Of a stretch of 64,000 bases of DNA, positions 49,444 through 61,098 are shown in pieces. Numbering within the stretch: position 1 is the stretch's first letter; each line of letters opens with the position of its first letter. A model generated the notes under the pieces. That model ran no database searches, was not told the origin of the DNA, and worked only from the letters and a program-made list of their open reading frames with translations. The position numbers and the translations under genes were made by a program. Origin of the DNA: Schmidtea polychroa. Taxonomy: Eukaryota. The DNA lies in contig CM097886.1 in the NCBI GenBank assembly GCA_044892525.1, positions 88,102,001 through 88,166,000 on the forward strand, read 5' to 3'.

Positions 49444-51979
49444 ATGACTAACGAAGAAAACAAGATGATGCAATCGCCTTATGCAATGCATCAACAAGAT
49501 ATGCACACTGGAGTTCAATCAACGACTGCAGAAGGATTATGTAATTATGCAATTGATATGAAGAAACTTCAGAAATTATTCCAATATCAATTGCAATCAA
49601 ATCAAGCTCTTTTGGATTTCTTCAGTCAATTCAAAGCTGGATTTCATATGCCTTCCATGGAGAATTCAATGAACAATGTCCTTCCAAACAAGCCGGAAAA
49701 TCAGTTTCAGAATTTCGAGAAACGTTTGGATTTAATGGAGATTTCATTCTCAAAGAAGCTTGAAAGGTTAGAGTGTTTATCTTTGAATTTTGAGGGTTTC
49801 TTTAATAATTTAAATAATTTCAATAAATTTTCTTTAAATAAAGATTTTTTTCATTTTAAAGATAATAAAATTAATGAAATTTCAAATTTAGATAATTGTA
49901 ATTTTAATAATTCATCAATTGTCAATAAGGATTTTAATATAGAGTTTGATAAATTTCCTTTAAATAAAAATTCTTGTAATGTTAATAATTCAACTTCTGA
50001 TAAAAATCTCAATATTAATGTGAATAACGATTTAAATAAGGATAGTGCAAATTTCGATAATTTTAAAATTTCAATAAATAATAATACACGTTTTGACAAT
50101 CCTAAAGTGTTTGTTTCCAAACCGATAATAAGTAATAAAAGTTTTGATTTTAAGACTTTTATTCGTATTTTAACAAAAAAAGAGCGAAAACAGCTCTATA
50201 ATAAGTTTCCAACTTTGATTCCTTTAACTAAAATTAAGGAATCAAAGAATAAATATTTAAAATTAAATAAAGTTTTATCTGGGGAGGAATTTAATACCAA
50301 TCCTTTAGGTTTAGATAATTTTAAATGTTTTCTTTATAGGAATTTTAATTTCTGTGTTGAGTTTCATATAAGTAGTTTTTTAAATGAAAACTCAACCGTT
50401 AAACCTGTCTCTTATAAAAAGAAAATTTTTTTGTCTGAACATAATATTGTAAAGACTTTTCCTAATTTTTCTAATTATATAGCAGCACCAACTTCAATTA
50501 AAAGATTTTTATTTAATCTTTCGCCTGAGCTTTCTGAAACAGTTTCTATTACAGATTGTAATCATAGAGAAAATAAAATTAATAAAATCATTTCTTCTTT
50601 GATTAAACAAGATAAACTCCCAAATTATCTGGTAAAATCAAAAATTAAATATCAAAAGGGTGAGTTTATATTGTTAGATTTGACAAACCCAAATATAACA
50701 TCCAAGATAAATAACGATTTCACATCATCAACATTTTCCGAACTCTCTCGTACCCAGATGAAATCTCTCTACTCATCTTATCCTTCTCTTAAAGAGATTA
50801 TGTTTGTTGAGAATCCTGACTCAAAATCATCTTCAATTATTAAGTTGATTGAATCTTTAAAAATCGATAATGTGTTTCCTGAAGATATCTTTTTTGAAGG
50901 GGGTAAATTCTTTCAATCTGATATTAAACACAGAACCCAATTCATTTCCTGACATAATGTTTAATCTTGGGTTATTTGATCTAATAAACATGGCAAAAGA
51001 TGATGTTGAATTAAAATCAATTTTGACTAAAACAGATTGTCACTTTAAAATTGTTGAGATAGTATTTTATCTAAATTACTTGGGTTTGGTTGGATCCTTA
51101 AAATTTTCTCAAAATCAAACTTATTCTGATTATGTTGTGAACTATATTCGAAATTGTTGTTTATTAAATTCACTCTGTTCGCTTGAAGATCTTTCTCTTC
51201 TCTCGCTTGAAAATTTTGAAAGTTGGGCTTCTGAAATTATTCAAAGGATTCCAAACTCGTCTTTTTATTATACAAATTGTCAAGAAAAACTCTTGAAATT
51301 AAAACAATGGAAAATTTCTGGGGAAATTAAAAAGATCCATAACGTAATATCTCCAGAAACTATAGCATGTGTTAATAGTTTTCTTGATCTTGTTGACGAA
51401 ACCTTTCCCAATAAATTTCAAAACAATAATATCCTTACTAAATTAATGGAAACAATTAATAATGAGAAATTAATAGATGACACATATGGCGTTAAAGCGA
51501 AGCGATTTATTTATTTTTTGTTGAGAGATACAAAGAAATTGATGGATAAAAACCAGAAATTCCGTCTGTTTGAAACAAGTAATAAATATTGCACTCCAGA
51601 GATGTGCCAGCAAATTTCTCTAATAATAACTAAATTAAAATTAATTGTTAACCAAATCAATGTAAAAGAAACAGCCGAAACCAATTGCGATATTGACAAT
51701 CCAACTACCAACAATGATGTTTTGGACCCTATCGTTGTCATAGAAGAAATCAACTGTATGAAATGTAATAACATCCTTGAAAAATTCATTTTGGCCAGAG
51801 AAGGAATGAATGTTAACATTTGTGAAAACTGTTTATTTGACGCCATTTCCACTGATCAATCAAATTCTAGTCAAGTCAATCCAATCCCTACAGAGACTAT
51901 TGAAGAACCTCTCACAAAGAAATCTGCTACAAAATCGCGAGCTACGACACTAAAAAAACAATCATCGAAGACCAAATGA
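49444..51979 (+). pseudogene. ORF1 with 2-bp deletion at ~50932
   Basis: Same lesion as copy 6. Confidence 0.85.
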
Positions 51980-54900
51980 AGATGTGTGCCTGCATCAGCT
52001 CAAGCGTCTGCCGTTCCCTCTAATGAGACTGATGCAGAGAGCACAATAGATAATTACTATTTACCAATTGACGATTTTGATCCTGAAATGTGGTTCTCTG
52101 ATAATGATATTGATTGGTATCTTGAAAACCATATCGACAATCCAATGCATGGATACATCAAATGCTTCATCGTTAATATTCTATGCTCGAATATTCAAGA
52201 AGAAATTGTTGCAATTCCACAGTCAATTACCAATGCTGAAATGATTTTTTGTCCACTTAATATAAACAATTCCCATTGGATTCTTTTTGTATACTGTAAG
52301 AAATCAAATTCATCTTACTTTATTGATCCAATTTTTAATAACCGAAATAATCTAATCAACAAACAAATGGCTCTTAAAATGAATATTGCACTAAATAGAT
52401 TTTTCAACCTCAAGATAGCAGTGTCATATCATCCGCATACAAATCTTCAATATCAAAATAACAACTTTGACTGTGGTCCATTCACTTGCGCTTATGCAGT
52501 GATAATCAGTAAAGATTGGAACAGCTTTCCTGATGGATTCATTGAAGAAATAAGACGAAATGTTCATCGATATCAGAAACACTTGGTTAATGGTGCACCA
52601 AATTTAATTGGAGGTGCTAAAAACAATTTAAATATGGCAACAATCAATTTCAAGAAGGCTATCGCTAAATCTAAAACTACAAATAATAATTTAAACATTA
52701 CTAAAATTCTCAACAACCAAGCGCCATGTGTGTCATCACTAATTGGTAAATATTATAAAGAGAATTCTAAAATCTTGGTTTTATCTGCCAATTTAACATC
52801 CAATTTAATTGCGCAAAATGACTCTTTTATAGCCGACAATGTCACCTTTAAACAATTTAAAGGAATCGATCACATTCTTGGTGTCATTCCAAAATTTAAA
52901 GATTGGTGTCTTTTCATATATTCCAGCAAACTTAACCGTAGCTACATTTTTGATTTTAATTATAGAAATATTGATGAGAGATTGATTGAAATTGGTGAAA
53001 AGATGACCGATTATCTCAATCAATTTTGTCTTAATCGAAAAATTAAATTCATAGCTGATCATCGAATCTCGCATCCTTCCTTTCACTCTAATGACAATCA
53101 ATACTTCGCAAGTTCCTTTATTGTGTTTTTTGAGAAATTTGTCTTTGAAAGACTCTTGGATTATGATAAAGTATATGATACACTTGGTGAATTAAAATCT
53201 CAGTCGTGCATTGAAATTTCTCCCAACTTTAATTTAATCAACGGTAAAATAACTGATAAAATTATTAATGAATATTTTATGAACCTAAAATTATCGAATA
53301 ATTATATTCTCCTAAACAGAACTTTGTCTGCTGCAATTTCAGATGATTGTACTCAATACTTAAATGATTTTTTAAACATTGAGGACATGATGAAGGCAAA
53401 TGTAATCTTTGCAATAATTTCTCCTCCCAAGGCCCATGAATTGCTGTTGGTAATTGATTACGACACAGACGAACATTATTTTCTTAGTCCAGTGACCAAT
53501 GATTTGAATGTGTTTTCTAAAGCTTTCTCTTATAACATTGTGCTCAAAATTAATGAGCTAAGACAAAGTAAAGGGCGTTCAATGACAATTGGCCACTGCC
53601 CACATGATATAAGAGGTTCTGGTTTATTTAGCAAAATATTAATTTGTGCATTTATCAGAAACTACACTCAAGATAAATCTCTTGAAAATATTAACTTGAC
53701 TGAAATTTCTGAAATAATCAACTCTCTAGTTCCAATAGTTGATAATAATGACATTGTCAAAATTGAGAGACGTGGAAAATTGAAAATTGCTAATTCTTTG
53801 AAACTAACTTTGAAGCAACGCAAAGATAGAATTGATGAGCTTTTAACTACATTGTCTAACTCTAATGTTGATGAAATTATCTCTACTATTCTGGCAAATA
53901 TTCCTCATCTAGAAAATTTGCAGGATCAAGAATTTCGAGAGCCATATCTTGGGAAAAATCACAATAAACCTAAAAAATTCAACAATTCTACTGAATTTCT
54001 GAAAAATATGAAAAAGACTGTAAACAGAATTTTAGGTAATCAGAGCGAAAAAGCTGAACCACCATTTCAGGAAATTATAAACACTTTCACTCATCAAGAT
54101 ACTTTACCTGGAAGTTGGAACAACGTTTTAAACTTTAGTAAAATCTCGAAAAGCTTACTTGAATTAGAAATTACTACGCCAATGGAAATTCTTTCCAATC
54201 TTCAGGAAGCTGATAATTCTACGCCCGGACTTGATAATGTATATTATAAAGATCTTCTGTTACTTGATCCAGATTGTAAGCTTCTAGCGTTACTTTTCAA
54301 CAAAGTCATTCAACTGAAATCTATCCCTACAAGTTGGAAAACTTTTAAAACAATATTAATTCCGAAACCTGATAAAAATGACCAATACCATAAAATATCT
54401 TCATGACGACCAATCGCATTACTGTCAGTGATTTACAAAGTTTTCGCTTCAGTTCTTGCAACTCGTCTTAGTTCATGGATTAAAGAAAATAATCTGCTGC
54501 ATATTGGCCAAAAGGGTGGTTCAGAATACGAAGGATGTATTGAACACAACTCAATTCTCTCTGCGATTGTCGAGCATTCAAAATATAGTAAATCTTCACC
54601 TTTAGCAATAGCATGGCTTGACATCAAAGACGCTTTCGGAAGTGTTCCACACGAATACATGTGGACATTGTTAAGACATATGAACGTTGGTGAAAACTTT
54701 GTGAATATCCTGAAATTACTTTATACAGATACGAGCTCTTTTTATCGCTGTAACAAAATGCAGACACCAAATATTCCAATAAAGAAAGGTGTAAAACAAG
54801 GCTGCCCGATCTCTATGATTCTGTTTGCAATAGCTATTAATCCGGTTCTTGAAGCTATTACCGCATCTAACATTACACCTTTTATGATAGGCTCTTCTCA

Positions 54901-56930
54901 AGTACAAGTGTTAGCTTATGCTGATGACATTGCACTTATTGCAACTAGCTCAACTGACCTCCAAAAGCTAATTGGCGTAGCTGTAAAAACTGCCAATAAT
55001 ATTGGATTTGAATATCGCCCTGAAAAATGTGCATATATACAATACCCAAAACTAGAAACGGTCAGTGAAATCGTTGTCAACAATGATTTAATTAAAAAAC
55101 TTGCTGGTAATGAATTTTACCAATACTTAGGAGTGCCAATAGGTGATAATAATGATCAAAGTCCCTATGAAATCGTCAGCCAAGTCATTGAAGATACTAA
55201 AAAGATTGCTAACTCTGATCTCTATGGTTGGCAAAAGCTCAAAGCTTATAAAATCTTCCTGCATTCGCGCCTTATTTTCCCATTTAGAACTAGGGAAATT
55301 AAAACTAGTTCATTAACATCTCCTAGTAGTAACTCAAGGATAAATGTAAATAGTACTAGCCAATTGAGGAGCCATTTGAGGAAAATATTAAATTTACCAA
55401 ACCACTCTGAAATAAGTTATTTCTATAATGCCACTGAAAATGGTGGAGCTGGCTGTATTGACCTTCTTGATGAGTATCACACACAGTCGATTGTTTACTT
55501 CTTCCGTTTACTTACATCAACTTGCGACTATTCAAAAAATATAAACACTTTTTCACTCTTGTCTGTGACAAGTCCAAGACTCGGAATCAAAGAACCAACT
55601 CTCAGTCAAAGCTTGGAATGGGTTAATGGAAAAGAAAGCAAATTAAATCATAGTGGTAGTAAAACTCGCTTCTACCGATTGCGTGCATCAATTGCATATT
55701 TCAATCGAGTTCACAACATTAAAATTTCGTTCGAAACTTTCAAACAAAATCCTTCGATTCGGCTCACTACTTCATTAACTGGCACTCGCATATTATTACC
55801 AAAATTAAGAAAAGCATTATCAAAGATTCTCCATTCTGCTCTTCAAGATTCGTATCTCGAAAAGTGGGAGAAGAGTAATCAAAGTAATCTAATTGTATCT
55901 GCTCTCAAACTTTGTCCATTTGTCAACAAACTAATCTTTCGTAGTGACTTGACAGACTTTGAATGGAATTTCATTCATCGAGCTCGAACAAATACACTCT
56001 CTACATTTGCAAAGCCACATAAAACTGGCGAAGACCGCCTTTGTCGTAGGTGTAAATCTGAAGATGAGACAATTTTACATGTACTCCAAACTTGTAGAAT
56101 CAATCAATCATTAGCAACTAATCGACATAATGCTTGCTTGGAAAAAATTAAAGATGCACTTAAAAATCCTGAACTCTTGGTTGTCACTGATCATAAATGT
56201 TCTCTTGTACCGACTTCCAACGAACGGATTGATCTTTTAATAACCAATACCGAGAGAAAAACGATTTTACTAGTAGACATGAAATGTCCAATTGATTCTG
56301 TAATTAATTTTGAGCGAGTCGACAAATTAAATTTGGAAAAATATGATAAATTAAAAACAGATATACAAACAGTTAAACCTGATTACAAAGTTGAATTGTT
56401 CACATGCATCATGGGTTCCTTGGGATCAATTGAACCAAAAACTTCTGATCTTTTATTAAAAATGGGAATTCCACAAACAAAAATCAAAGGTTTGATGAAG
56501 GAATGTGCAATAAGTAACATTGCACATTCGGCAAAGATTTGGTATTTTCATTGTAATGGAAAGCTTCCAAACTTTGAATAATTAAAACAAATTGGTTTTC
56601 AACATAGGAAAATAATTAAATTTAAAACTTTTATTAATTTGATTATTAAAACAAACTAAATTTAAATTTCATTAAAAAAAATAAACTAATTATTAAAGAG
56701 ACTTTCATTTTTTCGAGATAAATATTCTGCGACAAAGCAAATTTAAGAATTTAGATCTTCAATCTACCAAAGACAAGTCGCAATGCCGGATGATGAAATC
56801 CGAAGAGAGTGATCAGAGATTCCAGCAGATGAAGCTAATATGTGAATATTTGCTTATGGACAACTCCATGTAGAGCTGATTATCTGTTAAAAACAATATT
56901 CAAATTTGTTATATTTTATAAATGTTTAAT
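49448..56930 (+). mobile_element. Retrotransposon copy 7, full length, both ORFs disrupted
   Basis: Same junctions; AATAAA changed to TATAAA. Confidence 0.95.
51986..56581 (+). pseudogene. ORF2 with nonsense mutation W807* (TGG>TGA, 54404-54406)
   Basis: Stop falls in the RT motif SSWRPIA; frame otherwise continuous. Confidence 0.88.
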
Positions 56931-56984
56931 TAGCGCGTCAGTCTCATAATCTGAAGGTCGTGAGTTCGATCCTCACTCGGGGCA
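56931..56984 (+). pseudogene. 5'-truncated tRNA-Met (nt 20-73)
   Basis: Element 3' junction. Confidence 0.92.
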
Positions 56985-57152
56985 TAATGTTTTGGATTTT
57001 TTCAAAAATTTTCAATTTTGCTATTCTTAGTTCTACAAAGCAATTCGTTTTCAAAACCCAACTTTTCTACATCATTTCGACAATAAATCATCAATACTTT
57101 GACTTGAATAAAATAAAATGAACAAGTAAAGAAAAGTGAAAATCAACTTAAC

Positions 57153-57225
57153 GCCTCGATAGCGCAGTAGGTAGCGCGTCAGTCTCATAATCTGAAGGTC
57201 GTGAGTTCGATCCTCACTCGGGGCA
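57153..57225 (+). tRNA. tRNA-Met(CAT)
   Basis: Consensus copy. Confidence 0.96.
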
Positions 57226-57393
57226 TAATGTTTTGGATTTTTTCAAAAATTTTCAATTTTGCTATTCTTAGTTCTACAAAGCAATTCGTTTTCAAAACCC
57301 AACTTTTCTACATCATTTCGACAATAAATCATCAATATTTTGACTTGAATAAAATAAAATGAACAAGTAAAGAAAAGTGAAAATCAAATTAAC

Positions 57394-57466
57394 GCCTCGA
57401 TAGCGCAGTAGGTAGCGCGTCAGTCTCATAATCTGAAGGTCGTGAGTTCGATCCTCACTCGGGGCA
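57394..57466 (+). tRNA. tRNA-Met(CAT)
   Basis: Consensus copy. Confidence 0.96.
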
Positions 57467-57634
57467 TAATGTTTTGGATTTTTTCAAAAATTTTCAATTT
57501 TGCTATTCTTAGTTCTACAAAGCAATTCGTTTTCAAAACCCAACTTTTCTACATCATTTCGACAATAAATCATCAATATTTTGACTTGAATAAAATAAAA
57601 TGAACAAGTAAAGAAAAGTGAAAATCAAATTAAC

Positions 57635-57707
57635 GCCTCGATAGCGCAGTAGGTAGCGCGTCAGTCTCATAATCTGAAGGTCGTGAGTTCGATCCTCACT
57701 CGGGGCA
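57635..57707 (+). tRNA. tRNA-Met(CAT)
   Basis: Consensus copy. Confidence 0.96.
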
Positions 57708-57875
57708 TAATGTTTTGGATTTTTTCAAAAATTTTCAATTTTGCTATTCTTAGTTCTACAAAGCAATTCGTTTTCAAAACCCAACTTTTCTACATCATTT
57801 CGACAATAAATCATCAATACTTTGACATGAATAAAATAAAATGAACAAGTAAAGAAAAGTGAAAATCAACTTAAC

Positions 57876-57948
57876 GCCTCGATAGCGCAGTAGGTAGCGC
57901 GTCAGTCTCATAATCTGAAGGTCGTGAGTTCGATCCTCACTCGGGGCA
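57876..57948 (+). tRNA. tRNA-Met(CAT)
   Basis: Consensus copy. Confidence 0.96.
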
Positions 57949-58116
57949 TAATGTTTTGGATTTTTTCAAAAATTTTCAATTTTGCTATTCTTAGTTCTAC
58001 AAAGCAATTCGTTTTCAAAACCCAACTTTTCTACATCATTTCGACAATAAATCATCAATACTTTGACTTGAATAAAATAAAATGAACAAGTAAAGAAAAG
58101 TGAAAATCAAATTAAC

Positions 58117-58189
58117 GCCTCGATAGCGCAGTAGGTAGCGCGTCAGTCTCATAATCTGAAGGTCGTGAGTTCGATCCTCACTCGGGGCA
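58117..58189 (+). tRNA. tRNA-Met(CAT)
   Basis: Consensus copy. Confidence 0.96.
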
Positions 58190-58357
58190 TAATGTTTTGG
58201 ATTTTTTCAAAAATTTTCAATTTTGCTATTCTTAGTTCTACAAAGCAATTCGTTTTCAAAACCCAACTTTTCTACATCATTTCGACAATAAATCATCAAT
58301 ATTTTGACTTGAATAAAATAAAATGAACAAGTAAAGAAAAGTGAAAATCAAATTAAC

Positions 58358-58430
58358 GCCTCGATAGCGCAGTAGGTAGCGCGTCAGTCTCATAATCTGA
58401 AGGTCGTGAGTTCGATCCTCACTCGGGGCA
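58358..58430 (+). tRNA. tRNA-Met(CAT)
   Basis: Consensus copy. Confidence 0.96.
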
Positions 58431-58563
58431 TAATGTTTTGGATTTTTTCAAAAATTTTCAATTTTGCTATTCTTAGTTCTACAAAGCAATTCGTTTTCAA
58501 AACCCAACTTTTCTACATCATTTCGACAATAAATCATCAATATTTTGACTTGAATAAAATAAA

Positions 58564-61098
58564 ATGACTAACGAGGAAAACAAGATGATGCAATCGCCTT
58601 ATGCAATGCATCAACAAGATATGCATGCTGGAGTTCAATCAACGACTGCAGATGGATTATGTAATTATGCAATAGATATGAAGAAACTTCAGAAATTATT
58701 CCAATATCAATTGCAATCAAATCAAGCTCTTTTGGATTTCTTCAGTCAATTCAAAGCATGATTTCATATGCCATCCATGGAGAATTCAATGAACAATGTC
58801 CTTCCAAACAAGCCGGAAAATCAGTTTCAGAATTTCGAGAAACGTTTGGATTTAATGGAGATTTCATTCTCAAAGATGCTTGAAAGGTTAGAGTGTTTAT
58901 CTTTAAATTTTGAAAGTTTCTTTTATAATTTAAATAATTTCAATAAATTTTCTTTAAATAAAGATTTTTTCCATTTTAAAGATAATAAAATTAATGAAAT
59001 TTTAATTTAGATAATTGTAATTTTAATAATTCATCAAATGTCAATAAGGATTTTAATATAGAGTTTGATAAATTTCCTTTAAATAAAAATTCTTTTAATG
59101 TTAATAATTCGACTTCTGATAAAAATCTAAATATTAATGTGAATAACGATTTTAATAAGGATAGTCAAAATTTCGATAATTTTAAAATTTCAATAAATAA
59201 TAATACACGTTTTGACAATCCTAAAGTGTTGGTTTCCAAACCGATAATAAGTAATAAAAGTTTTGATTTTAAGACTTTTATTCGTATTTTAACAAAAAAA
59301 GAGCGAAAACAGCTCTATAATAAGTTTCCAACTTTGATTCCTTTAACTAAAATTAAGGAATCAAAGAATAAATATTTAAAATTAAATAAATTTTTATCTG
59401 GGGAGGAATTTAATACCAATCCTTTAGGTTTAGATAATTTTAAATGTTTTCTTTATAGGAATTTTAATTTCTGTGTTGAGTTTCATATAAGTAGTTTTTT
59501 AAATGAAAACTCAACCGTTAAACCTGTCTCTTATAAAAAGAAAATTTTTTTGTCTGAACATAATATTGTAGAGACTTTTCCTAATTTTTCTAATTTTATA
59601 GCAGCACCAACTTCAATTAAAAGATTTTTATTTAATCTTTCGCCTGAGCTTTCTGAAACAGTTTCTATTACAGACTGTAATCATAGAGAAAATAAAATTA
59701 ATAAAATTATTTCTTCGTTGATTAAACAAGATAAACTCCCAAATTATCTGGTAAAATCAAGAATTAAATATCAAAAGGGTGAGTTTATATTGTTAGATTT
59801 GACAAACTCAAATATAACATCCAAGATAAATAACGATTTCACATCATCAACATTTTCCGAACTCTCTCGTACCCAGATGAAATCTCTCTACTCATCTTAT
59901 CCTTCTCTTAAAGAGATTATGTTTGTTGAGAATCCTGACTCAAAATCATCTTCAATTATTAAGTTGATTGAATCTTTAAAAATCGATAATGTGTTTCCTG
60001 AAGATATCTTTTTTGAAGGGGGTAAATTCTTTCAATCTGATATTAAACACAGAACCCAATTCATTTCCTGACATAATGTTTAATCTTGGGTTATTTGATC
60101 TAATAAACATGGCAAAAGATGATGTTGAATTAAAATCAATTTTGACTAAAACAGATTGTCACTTTAAAATTGTTGAGATAGTATTTTATCTAAATTACTT
60201 GGGTTTGGTTGGATCCTTAAAATTTTCTCAAAATCAAACTTATTCTGATTATGTTGTCAACTATATTCGAAATTGTTGTTTATTAAATTCACTCTGTTCG
60301 CTTGAAGATCTTTCTCTTCTCTCGCTTGAAAATTTTGAATGTTGGGCTTCTGAAATTATTCAAAGGATTCCAAACTCGTCTTTTTATTATACAAATTGTC
60401 AAGAAAAACTCTTGAAATTAAAACAATGGAAAATTTCTGGGGAAATTAAAAAGATCCATAACGTAATATCTCCAGAAACTATAGCATGTGTTAATAGTTT
60501 TCTTGATCTTGTTGACCAAACCTTTCCCAATAAATTTCAAAACAATAATATCCTTACTAAATTAATGGAAACAATTAATAATGAAAAATTAATAGATGAC
60601 ACATATGGCGTTAAAGCGAAGCGATTTATTTATTTTTTGTTGAGAAATACAAAGAAATTCATGGATAAAAACCAGAAATTCCGTCTGTTTGAAACAAGTA
60701 ATAAATATTGCACTCCAGAGATGTGCCAGCAAATTTCTCTAATAATAACTAAATTAAAATTAATTGTTAACCAAATCAATATAAAAGAAACAGCCGAAAC
60801 CAATTGCGATATTGACAATCCAACTACCAACAGTAATGTTATGGACCCTATCGTTGTCATTGAAGAAATCAACTGTATGAAATGTAATAACATCCTTGAA
60901 AAATTCATTTTGGTCAGAGAAGGAATGAATGTTAACATTTGTGAAAACTGTTTATTTGACGCCATTTCCACTGATCAATCAAATTCTAGTCAAGTCAATC
61001 CAATCTCTACAGAGACTATTGAAGAACCTCTCACAAAGAAATCTGCTACAAAATCACGAGCTACGACACTAAAAAAACAATCATCGAAATCAAAATGA
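58564..61098 (+). pseudogene. ORF1 with stop (58759-58761) and two frameshifts (~59003, ~60051)
   Basis: Frameshifts are identical to those of copy 3 and copies 6/7 respectively. Confidence 0.85.

Larger units (their letters stand above)
56931..58567 (+). repeat. tRNA-Met tandem array segment 7 (1 truncated + 6 full genes)
   Basis: All 241-bp units. Confidence 0.95.
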
